A stretch of 64,000 bases of DNA, from contig CAZRMV010000010.1 in the NCBI GenBank assembly GCA_964601275.1, positions 2,802-66,801 of the forward strand, in the 5' to 3' direction. Made by a program: the position numbers and the translations under genes. Of the stretch, positions 51,161-59,326 are shown in pieces; the stretch's first letter is position 1, and each line of letters starts with the position of its first letter. The notes below the pieces were generated by a model. The model was given only the letters and a program-made list of their open reading frames with translations. It had not been told where the DNA came from and did not search any database. Source of the stretch: an uncultured bacterium (lineage in GTDB: Bacteria > Krumholzibacteriota > Krumholzibacteriia > JAJRXK01).

Positions 51161-53371
51161 GTGACCAACGACCACCAGGAGGTGGCGACAAGGGCGGCGA
51201 GCGACCCCGAGCTGAGCCGGTACCACGTGCTGCTCGACGAGGAGATCCTTCCTCGTCTCGAGCGCCCCGGACGCTATGTCGGGCCCTTCGAGGTCCGCGG
51301 GATCGCCCCCAGGAGCGCGTTGACGCGCTTCGCCCTGCTCTGGCCCTCGATGCCGGAGAGCCACCACGTACCACGAGAACTGGCGCCGGTCAAAGCGGCG
51401 CTGGAAGCGCACTTGCACCATGCGGTGGAGTGCGCCAGTGTCCCTCCTGCCGACCTCTCCCAGGCGCTGGCGGAGCGAGGCCTGTGTCTGTTCACCCGAC
51501 CCGGGTGGATTCCGCTCTCCCGTTTCACCACCCTTGCGATCTGGATGGAACACCCGGCCCAGGTGCTGGGGCTTCTGTCCCTCCTGAAGGCGGCGGGGCT
51601 GCCCCTGGCCGCCTCCGCGCGGGCGGATCGTCCGCGGCTCCTCGCGGGGGGACCGGGCGCGGTCTATCTCTCCTCCCTGCTGAGCGCCTGGGTGGACGAA
51701 GTCCACCGGGACCCGACGGCCGATGCCTTCGCCGCGTTCGTGGCCGCCGCTCCCCCGGCGGACGCGACGCGCGCGGCGGCGTCCCCTTTCCTGCAACCGC
51801 CCGATGCGAAGACGGGTCCGGCCGGTCCCGCACCGTCCGCCCCGAACGGCGGGCGGGCGGAGGCAGCGCGACCGGGCGGCCCGGTCGAAGAGCGGGTCCG
51901 CCCGCTTCTGGCGATCCACCGGCAGCGGCCGTTGCAGGAGATCCGGGAACGTTTTGGAGGGGCCCGCCTGACCCGCCTGCACCTGTGGGCGGCGTCCGAG
52001 CCCCTGCGCCGCCGTCTGGGCCTGGCCACCGGCCAGGAGGTCATCGAGTCGGTGCGGGAGGCCCTGGCCCACGAAGCGCGGGTCCTGGAGATCGATCTGG
52101 CGCTGGGGCTGCCGGAGGAGACCGCCCGCGACCGCGAGGCAGTGGTTCTCTTGGGACGGCAACTCGCGGAGATGGCCCCCCGGGGAAACCGGCAACTGAG
52201 GTTCCGCCTGCATGCCTGCCTCGAAAGCTCCGCGCTGCCGCGCGAGGAGTTCGAGAGGCTGTCCGGCGCGTTGGGGCGGGCCCAGTTGAAGGTCCAGCTC
52301 TCCTCCCCGGCGGAGGAGGGGGTGGTCCGGGCCCTGCACGAGGCGGGTCGCGACGCCGCCGCGGTGGTCGAGTCGGTGGTGGAAGCGGGGGTGGGCAGTG
52401 GAGACCTCGACTCCGCGTTCTCTTCCGGTCTCTGGCAAGCGTGGCGGGACCCGGCCGCCGGCGCGGACCCGCCGATCCAGGACGAGGATCCCGTGGAGGA
52501 TTCTCCGACCGGCCTGGAGGACCTTCCCGCGATCGCGGGCACCCTCGATGCCAATGGTCAGCGCGTGGACGCGCATCGGCCGAAGGGAGCGCGGCGGGAT
52601 CGTTGGCAACGCTGGAGCGCGCTCGTCCGCGGCGAACATCAGTTGCGGGTGATCTACGAGAAACGAGGACGGGCGCGGCACCTGTCCCACCAGGAAACCA
52701 TGGAGATCTTCGTGGAGGCCTGTCGGCGGGGTGGATTGGCCCTGGCCGCTGCCGGGGTGGTTTCCCCCCGGCCGAAGCTCAACTTCGGTCCTCCTCTTCC
52801 CGCGGGAATCGAGGGTCTTGACGAATTCGTCGACCTGAGCCTGACCCACAAGACCGCGGGCGCCGCCTACGCACTGAACGAGCATCTGCCCGAAGGGCTG
52901 CGGGTGCGATGGGCACGGTATCTTCCCCCTGGGGACAAGAGCGCACACGCTCGGGTCGAGAAGACCCGGTATTCGGTGCGCTTGCCCCACTCTCTCACCG
53001 CGGAGTTCCGCGCGGGAGTCGAGCGCTTCAACCGCTCGAGGACATGGGAGATCCAGCGGGTCAAGACGGACGGGAACTTGACCATCGATCTGAAAGCTCA
53101 GGTCACGAACGTCGAATACGTCGAGGGGGGGGACGGCCCGGCGAGATTGGGATTCGATCTCGATATCGTCGACTCCATTCCCCGCGCACGGCCCTACGAG
53201 GTCGTCGCCGCCTTGATCGACGTCGACGCCATCGATGTTCGCACCATACCACTTTGTCGCGTTTCGCTGCTCAGCCGCGGGGGCGAGCCCATGGGGGATT
53301 GGAAGACCCCCCGGCAGTTGCTCGAGCTCGCCGTGCGGAAGTCGAGACAAGCGGTGAAACGCTTCGCCTAG
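51161..53371 (+). CDS. TIGR03960-like (B12-binding-domain radical SAM) homologue lacking the CxxxCxxC motif, fused to a C-terminal DUF2344/TIGR03936 domain
   Basis: N-terminal LPRLERPGRYVGPFEV…TRFALLWPSMPE and …RLLAGGPGAV… parallel the N-terminal domain of TIGR03960 proteins. The C-terminal RVIYEKRGRARHLSHQETMEIFVEACRRGGL… matches DUF2344. No Cys triad anywhere. Ala/Pro-rich linker in the middle. Immediately upstream of the RNase E/G gene, the conserved synteny. Start uncertain: GTG 51161 was chosen, and the ORF is open back to 50849. Confidence 0.55.
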   Translation: MTNDHQEVATRAASDPELSRYHVLLDEEILPRLERPGRYVGPFEVRGIAPRSALTRFALLWPSMPESHHVPRELAPVKAALEAHLHHAVECASVPPADLSQALAERGLCLFTRPGWIPLSRFTTLAIWMEHPAQVLGLLSLLKAAGLPLAASARADRPRLLAGGPGAVYLSSLLSAWVDEVHRDPTADAFAAFVAAAPPADATRAAASPFLQPPDAKTGPAGPAPSAPNGGRAEAARPGGPVEERVRPLLAIHRQRPLQEIRERFGGARLTRLHLWAASEPLRRRLGLATGQEVIESVREALAHEARVLEIDLALGLPEETARDREAVVLLGRQLAEMAPRGNRQLRFRLHACLESSALPREEFERLSGALGRAQLKVQLSSPAEEGVVRALHEAGRDAAAVVESVVEAGVGSGDLDSAFSSGLWQAWRDPAAGADPPIQDEDPVEDSPTGLEDLPAIAGTLDANGQRVDAHRPKGARRDRWQRWSALVRGEHQLRVIYEKRGRARHLSHQETMEIFVEACRRGGLALAAAGVVSPRPKLNFGPPLPAGIEGLDEFVDLSLTHKTAGAAYALNEHLPEGLRVRWARYLPPGDKSAHARVEKTRYSVRLPHSLTAEFRAGVERFNRSRTWEIQRVKTDGNLTIDLKAQVTNVEYVEGGDGPARLGFDLDIVDSIPRARPYEVVAALIDVDAIDVRTIPLCRVSLLSRGGEPMGDWKTPRQLLELAVRKSRQAVKRFA

Positions 53372-53383
53372 GTACTATCCATC

Positions 53384-55951
53384 ATGAAGAAAGAAATCGT
53401 CGTCAATTCAACTCCCAACGAGATCCGTATCGGCATCGTCGAGGACGGTGAGTTGGTCGAACTTCTCGGAGACAGTGCCGACTCCACGCGAATGGTGGGC
53501 AATGTCTACCTGGGAAAGGTCACCGCCGTGCGGCCGGGACTCCAGGCCGCCTTCGTGGACATCGGGTACGAAAAGGCCGGATTCCTCCACGTGAGCGATC
53601 TGGTCCATGAGGAACCCGAGGAAACCAAGTCGGACAACGGCGGAGAACGGCGTCGGGGCCGGGGCCGTGAGGGAATGCGTCCCATCGAGCGGATGATCCG
53701 CGAAGGGGACGAGATCCTGGTCCAGGTGGTCAAGGAGGCGCTGGGCACCAAGGGGCCGCGCTTGACCGCCGACATCAGCCTTCCCGGACGCTTTCTCGTG
53801 CTCATGCCCAAGGGCAAGCACGTCGGAGTCAGCCGCAAGATCGGCGACCGCCACGAGCGGGCGCGCCTGAAGGCGATGCTGTCGGCGGTGAAGCCGGAGC
53901 GGGGCGCCTTCATCATCCGCACCGCCGGCGAGGGCATCGACGAGAAGATGCTGCGCAAGGACGTGGAATACCTCACCGAGACCCTGCGCAAGATCGAAGA
54001 GCGCGCCAAGGAGGTCACCGCGCCGGCCATCGTCCACGAGGATGTGGGCCTGATCGTCGGTCTCATCCGCGACGTGCTCACCGAGGACGTCCACGCGGTG
54101 CATATCGACAACGAGGTCGACTACAAGCGCCTGGTCGAGTACGTCAAGACCTTCTCTCCGAAGCTCCTCAACCGTATCAAGCTGTACCGCGGCGATGTCT
54201 CGCTCTTCGACAAGTTCGACATCGAGAGCGAGCTCAAGAAGAGCCTGGAGCGCAAGGTGTGGATGAAGAAGGGTGGCTATATCGTCATCGACCAGACCGA
54301 GGCCCTGGTGGCCATCGACGTCAACACCGGCCGCTTCACCGGGAAGAGGAACCAGGAAGAGACCATCTTCAAGACGAACATGATGGCGGCTCGGGAAGTT
54401 CCCCGGCAACTGCGCCTGCGGAACATCGGCGGGATCGTGGTCATCGACTTCATCGACATGGAGAGCGAAGCCAACAAGAGGAAGGTGCTCAACGAGCTGC
54501 GCACCTATCTCAAGCGCGACCGCGCCCGCACCAAGACCTTCACCATCAGCGATCTCGGACTGGTGGAGATGAGCCGCCAGCGCGTGCGCGAGAGCCTGCA
54601 GTCGCGTCTGAGCGATGCCTGCCCCTTCTGCAAGGGCAGCGGATACGTCTTGTCGCTGGAGACCCTGGCGAACAAGGTGGAGCGCCTGTTGTCCAAGTGC
54701 GGGCTGACCACCCGGGAGACCACGGTGCAGGTGCAGGCCAATCCCAGCCTGGCGGTGCACCTTCTGACCGAGCGCGGTGCGGCCATCGAGAAGATCGCGC
54801 GCGACTTCAACATGAAGATCGACATCCTCGACGACGCGCGGATCCATCGCGAGGATTTCCGGATCGTTTCCCTGCGCAGCCGCAAGGATCTCACCTCCCA
54901 GCTGGAGAACGCCGCCTGGAAGGGCACGGTGAACCGCCGCCCCGCCGCCGCCCATGCGAGCGAGGAGGGCGCGACCGAACGCCGCAGCCGCGGACGCGGC
55001 CGGGGCCGCGATCGGGGACGGGGCCGCTCCGACAGCGCCCACGAGACCCGGCGCGAATCGGCCTCCCGGTTGTCCCGGCGGGACGAGGGGCGTTCGGAGG
55101 CCCGGGATGAGGGCCGCTCAACCGCCAAGGACGCGACGTCCCGCTCGGACAGCGGTCGCTCCCGCGGCCGGGGCGGACGCAGGACCTCGGGCCGGGAAAC
55201 CACCAGCGCCCGGCCGGGACGTCCCGAAGCGGCGAACGAGGAGTCGCGCTCGGCGGGCGAGGCCCAGGAGGCGCGGCGCAGCTCCTCGTCGTCCCGGAGC
55301 CGGAGCTCGACGGGCCGGGGGGGACGATCTTCCTCCGCCGGACGGGGCGCGGGCCTTTCCTCGGCGGAGACGGGCCGACAGAAGACCCAGGACGCCGCCG
55401 CCGAGGGTTCGCCCGAGCGAAAACCGGCCCCGGTTTCCGCCACCGGCGAGGGGACTCCGTCGGGCTCTTCGACCCGCCGCCGCCGCCGCGGGCGCCGCGG
55501 GCGCGGACGGGGACGGGGCAAACGGAGCCAGGAGGGGACGGCGCCGAACGCACCCGAGGCTTCCGCCGAAGCGGTGGGTTCTTCAGGGGGGAAGCCCGAC
55601 GCTTCGGTCCCCTCCCGATCGGAGGAGGCGCCGGCGCGGCCGCCGGAACCCTCCCGGCGCGAGGGGCCGGAGGTCCCGGCCCGAGACCGGACGCGATCGA
55701 CGCGTCATCGCTCGTCGGTGGGATCCGCGGAGAGGAAGGAAGCACCGTCTTCGGCGCCGAGCGCGCCGTCGGGCGACCCTGCGGCCCCGTCGTCGTCGAC
55801 CCCGGCACCGGTTCGAGAGACGCCGACTGCGCCGCCGGCGGGTGAACGCCCCGCGTCCGCGTCGGACCCGTCGTCGGTGGGAGGGACCGCATCGGCCAGC
55901 GAGAAACCGAAGCGCCGCGGACGCCGACCCCGGCGGGTCGTGCGCCGCTGA
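53384..55951 (+). CDS. rne: Ribonuclease E/G family endoribonuclease with Arg/Ser/Gly-rich disordered C-terminal tail
   Basis: S1 domain (GNVYLGKVTAVRPGLQAAFVDIG), DNase-I-like/RNase-H-like catalytic region (…AIDVNTG…), Zn-link CPxCxGxG (CPFCKGSGYV). About 300 aa of RS/RG-rich tail. Confidence 0.85.
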   Translation: MKKEIVVNSTPNEIRIGIVEDGELVELLGDSADSTRMVGNVYLGKVTAVRPGLQAAFVDIGYEKAGFLHVSDLVHEEPEETKSDNGGERRRGRGREGMRPIERMIREGDEILVQVVKEALGTKGPRLTADISLPGRFLVLMPKGKHVGVSRKIGDRHERARLKAMLSAVKPERGAFIIRTAGEGIDEKMLRKDVEYLTETLRKIEERAKEVTAPAIVHEDVGLIVGLIRDVLTEDVHAVHIDNEVDYKRLVEYVKTFSPKLLNRIKLYRGDVSLFDKFDIESELKKSLERKVWMKKGGYIVIDQTEALVAIDVNTGRFTGKRNQEETIFKTNMMAAREVPRQLRLRNIGGIVVIDFIDMESEANKRKVLNELRTYLKRDRARTKTFTISDLGLVEMSRQRVRESLQSRLSDACPFCKGSGYVLSLETLANKVERLLSKCGLTTRETTVQVQANPSLAVHLLTERGAAIEKIARDFNMKIDILDDARIHREDFRIVSLRSRKDLTSQLENAAWKGTVNRRPAAAHASEEGATERRSRGRGRGRDRGRGRSDSAHETRRESASRLSRRDEGRSEARDEGRSTAKDATSRSDSGRSRGRGGRRTSGRETTSARPGRPEAANEESRSAGEAQEARRSSSSSRSRSSTGRGGRSSSAGRGAGLSSAETGRQKTQDAAAEGSPERKPAPVSATGEGTPSGSSTRRRRRGRRGRGRGRGKRSQEGTAPNAPEASAEAVGSSGGKPDASVPSRSEEAPARPPEPSRREGPEVPARDRTRSTRHRSSVGSAERKEAPSSAPSAPSGDPAAPSSSTPAPVRETPTAPPAGERPASASDPSSVGGTASASEKPKRRGRRPRRVVRR

Positions 55952-56011
55952 TCGCGCCGTCGTCCCGGGCCCCGGCCCATCGGGGCCGGGTGGCCCAAAG
56001 CGAGGGTTCCT

Positions 56012-56692
56012 CTATCGGGTCGAGGGTCTTCGGGGCGTTGCGGGCACCGCGGAGAACAGGGGAAGGCCTTCCACCGGGGGAGCTTCGGTCCCGGAGATCT
56101 CCTCTTCCGCTTCCGCCCGGGCGAAGCGGAGCAGACGCGCTCCCTCGGGAAGCTCGAGGCCGAGCAGACCGACACTCTCCAGCGCTTCCAGATAGGCCTC
56201 GGCGCGGTCCCGGTGGGGGCAGCGCCTGAGCAGGGCCTGGAATCTCGGCCCGTGGTTGGGCACCCGCAGGTGGATGAGTTCGTGCAGCAACAGGTGTTCG
56301 AGCACCCAGGTGGGGTGTCCGCGCAGGCGCTCGCTGATCCGGATGCTGCCCCGGTCGAGGCGCCGGTCGAGGGTGCACGAACCCCAGCGCTTGTGCTGGC
56401 GCCGGGAGAAGCGGACGGTGAAGGGGGGCAGGAGAAGTTCCCCCAGGCGCTCGCGGGCCACCCGGGCCGCCAGTTCGCCCAGCCGGTGGTCGTCGAAGAC
56501 CCGCCGCTTCGAGAGGTCCTTCCACAGGCGCTCCCGGAGCGAAGGAAGCAGGCGATCGAGTTCTCTCCGGGAGATCCTCAACGGCACCCTTGCCACCAGG
56601 CGCCCGTTCTCCAGTCGCAATTCGACCGTCCTGCGCCGGCTCCGGAGGATCTCGATCTCCAAAGGCAGGGGATCAACGACGGCTGGCTTCAC
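56012..56692 (-). CDS. M48/DUF45 (YgjP/WLM-like) zinc metallopeptidase
   Basis: HExxH in LLLHELIHLRV with a conserved Glu downstream. Typical DUF45 N-terminus (LPLEIEILRSRRRTVELRL…). Start ambiguous (GTG 56692 or ATG 56734); overlaps the rhomboid gene end. Confidence 0.6.
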   Translation of the reverse strand: MKPAVVDPLPLEIEILRSRRRTVELRLENGRLVARVPLRISRRELDRLLPSLRERLWKDLSKRRVFDDHRLGELAARVARERLGELLLPPFTVRFSRRQHKRWGSCTLDRRLDRGSIRISERLRGHPTWVLEHLLLHELIHLRVPNHGPRFQALLRRCPHRDRAEAYLEALESVGLLGLELPEGARLLRFARAEAEEEISGTEAPPVEGLPLFSAVPATPRRPSTR

Positions 56693-57476
56693 GGAGGATC
56701 TCCTGCTCCCGCTCGGTGAGGCTCTCGATGCCATGGCGGGTGATCTTGTCCAGGATCGCGTCGATCGGGGGATCTCCCGGCCGCGGCCCGCCCCCACGGA
56801 ACCGGCCCATCATCCAACGGGCCCGCGCTCCCCGCGCCCGGCGCACCAGGATGCCCAGCCGGTCGTCGTAGCGCAGGTAGAGCCACCCGAAGAACAACCC
56901 GCCCAGGTGGGCGAAATGCGCCACCGGCGAGCCCGGCCTTCCCAGGGCGCCGAAGAGGTCGACGAGGACGATGAGGGCGATCAGGTACTTCATCTTCAGG
57001 CCGATCAAGCCCCACAGGTAGACCAGCTGGTCGGGATACATCATGGCGAAGGCCAACAGCAGGCCCATGATCGCCGCGCTCGCACCGATGATGGGAATGG
57101 GTGAGCCCCAGCTCACCAGGGCCTGGGTCAAGCCGCCACCGACCCCGCAAACCATGTAGTAGCGCAGGAAGGGGCCGCTGCCCCAGACGATTTCGATGGC
57201 CGTCCCGAACATCCACAGCATGAGCATGTTGAAGGCGATGTGCCAGAAGCCGCCGTGCAGGAACATGTAGGTGACGAGGGTATACAGCTTGAGCGGCCAG
57301 AGGTCCTGGGGAATCAGCGCGAAGTGGCTGGTGGTGTTCCAGCCCGCGATCCATTCCAGCAGGAAGATGCCGATGTTCAGGCCCAGCAGGGTGCGGACGA
57401 CCGGCGGGACGGCCAGTCCCGGACCGAAGCGGAAGGAAGAGGGCCGGCGGAAGCCGTCGAAGGAGGAATAGGACAT
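56673..57476 (-). CDS. Rhomboid family intramembrane serine protease
   Basis: GGAGGA RBS and ATG 57476. Six TM helices. Catalytic GxSG-type GASAAIMGL and the catalytic His in AHFAHLGG. Confidence 0.8.
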   Translation of the reverse strand: MSYSSFDGFRRPSSFRFGPGLAVPPVVRTLLGLNIGIFLLEWIAGWNTTSHFALIPQDLWPLKLYTLVTYMFLHGGFWHIAFNMLMLWMFGTAIEIVWGSGPFLRYYMVCGVGGGLTQALVSWGSPIPIIGASAAIMGLLLAFAMMYPDQLVYLWGLIGLKMKYLIALIVLVDLFGALGRPGSPVAHFAHLGGLFFGWLYLRYDDRLGILVRRARGARARWMMGRFRGGGPRPGDPPIDAILDKITRHGIESLTEREQEILREASRR

Positions 57477-57582
57477 TTCGGATGGTCGGAAGGGTTGAAG
57501 GAAGACGGCTTCACGCGGGCCGCCGATCGGGTTAGCATCCGCCGACAAGCTAGCACAGAAGCCCCCGGACGACCCCGATGAA

Positions 57583-58140
57583 GTGGAGAGGAAGGTGTCG
57601 ATGAACCAGAGGAAGAAAGTTGTGGTCTTTGGCAGTTCGCGGTGCCTTGAGTGGGGAGAGGATCACCACCGGGCCCGGGAGGTGGGAACGATCCTGGGGG
57701 AGCGGGGCCTGGAAGTGGTCTCCGGGGGTTACGAGGGGAGCATGGGTGCGGTCTCCCGCGGGGCCAAGGAGGCCGGAGGCCGGGTCGTCGGGATCACCAC
57801 CGCCATCTTCGCCGGTCGCCGGCCGAACCGGTGGCTGGACGAGGTGATCGACGAGCCGGATTATCCCTCCCGGATGGCCCACCTCCTGCGCGCCGGCGAT
57901 GCCTACCTGGCCCTGCCGGGAGGTCTGGGAACCCTCTCGGAATGGATGGCGGCCTGGTGCCTGGCCAGCATCGGGCAGCTCGGCGGGCCGCTGTGGGCCT
58001 TCCGAGATCCCTGGAAGCCGATCCACGAAATAGCGGCCGCTCTGCCCGAGGTTCCTCCCGAGCGCGCCGGGTGCGTCTTTTGGGTCGACGGTCCGGGGGA
58101 TTTTCAGAGGGAACTGGATCGCTGGTTGGCGGCGAAGTAA
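57583..58140 (+). CDS. LOG family / TIGR00730 Rossmann-fold nucleotide-binding protein
   Basis: VVSGGYEGSMGAV and LPGGLGTLSEW (PGGxGTxxE) motifs diagnostic of the LOG / lysine-decarboxylase-like family. Confidence 0.75.
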   Translation: MERKVSMNQRKKVVVFGSSRCLEWGEDHHRAREVGTILGERGLEVVSGGYEGSMGAVSRGAKEAGGRVVGITTAIFAGRRPNRWLDEVIDEPDYPSRMAHLLRAGDAYLALPGGLGTLSEWMAAWCLASIGQLGGPLWAFRDPWKPIHEIAAALPEVPPERAGCVFWVDGPGDFQRELDRWLAAK

Positions 58141-58206
58141 ACTGCAACCAACCCGGCGCGGCGGATGGCGCCGCTTCTTCCAGTCATTCCCCGGAGGATC
58201 CACTGC

Positions 58207-59271
58207 ATGAGTAGCAGCAAGAACGTCCTGGTCATCGGTACGGGCACCATCGGCGAGCCGTTGATCGGCCTCTTGACCGCCATCAAGGACGAATTGGGTG
58301 TCGACGAGGTGCGATTCCACAAGCGTACCCCCCTGTTGACGGACCGCTCCAAGGTTGCCGACCTGGTGCGGCGTGGAGCGATCTTCGTGGCCGATGGTGA
58401 TCGCCACGACGATTTCCGGGAGATCGGGCTCAATCCGAGCTACGAGACGGCCGACGCACTGGAGGATGCCAGTGTAGTGATCGATTGTACCCCTGCCGGC
58501 AACCAGATGAAGGAGAAGTACTACAACGAGTACGTAGACAACACGCGCCTCTTCATCGCCCAGGGCAGCGAGTTCGGTTTCGGGAAGATGTATGCCCGCG
58601 GCGTCAACGACTCGGCGCTGGATCCCGAGGAAGACAAGTTCATCCAGGTCGTTTCCTGCAACACCCACAATCTCTCGGTGATCGTCGACACCTTGGCCCT
58701 GTCCGACGGAAAGGACAACCTCAAGGAAGGACGTTTCGTCTGCATCCGGCGGGCCAACGACCTGAGCCAGGACACCAAGTTCATTCCCTCACCCGAGGTG
58801 GGAAAGCACAAGGATGAACGCTTCGGAACCCATCATGCCCGCGACGCCTGGCATCTGTTCCAGACCCTGGGCCTCGATCTGAATCTCTTCTCCTCGGCGA
58901 TGAAGTTGAACACGCAGTACATGCACGTGATCCACTTCAATTTGAAGCTGAAGAAGGAGACCACGCTCGAGAGGATCAAGAAGCACATCCAGGAGAACGA
59001 TCGCATCGCGGTGACCTACAAGCACACCGCCAACTTGATCTTCTCCTTCGGCCGCGACCACGGTTTCTTCGGCCGCATCCTCAACCAGACGGTGATCCCC
59101 CTGGACACCCTGGCCCTGAAGAATGGCCACGAGCTGACCGGCTTCTGCTTCACGCCACAGGATGGCAATTCCATCCTGTCCTCGATCGCGGCGACCGCGT
59201 GGGCGCTCGATCCGCAGGACTACGAGAAACGGATCCAGCCGCTCCAGCGCTTCTTCTTCGACGAGGTCTGA
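58207..59271 (+). CDS. Type II (archaeal-type) glyceraldehyde-3-phosphate dehydrogenase-like NAD(P)-dependent oxidoreductase
   Basis: Rossmann GxGxxG (VIGTGTIGE). VIDCTPAG, catalytic-Cys motif VVSCNTHNL (archaeal SCNTT-type rather than bacterial SCTTN) and THHARD (compare archaeal SHHGPD). GC about 58%, below the window average. Few antisense ORFs. Confidence 0.65.
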   Translation: MSSSKNVLVIGTGTIGEPLIGLLTAIKDELGVDEVRFHKRTPLLTDRSKVADLVRRGAIFVADGDRHDDFREIGLNPSYETADALEDASVVIDCTPAGNQMKEKYYNEYVDNTRLFIAQGSEFGFGKMYARGVNDSALDPEEDKFIQVVSCNTHNLSVIVDTLALSDGKDNLKEGRFVCIRRANDLSQDTKFIPSPEVGKHKDERFGTHHARDAWHLFQTLGLDLNLFSSAMKLNTQYMHVIHFNLKLKKETTLERIKKHIQENDRIAVTYKHTANLIFSFGRDHGFFGRILNQTVIPLDTLALKNGHELTGFCFTPQDGNSILSSIAATAWALDPQDYEKRIQPLQRFFFDEV

Positions 59272-59326
59272 TCGGATTCCAGTGGCCCGCGGCGGCCCCC
59301 ATCGAGGCCGCCGCGACCGCGGAGGC

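Noticed and set aside
44389-53350. - strand ORFs of 1063 aa (44389..47580), 693 aa (48200..50281) and 1006 aa (50330..53350)
   Set aside because: Antisense to the purB/purL/purQ/purF and radical-SAM-like genes. Low-complexity, no motifs.
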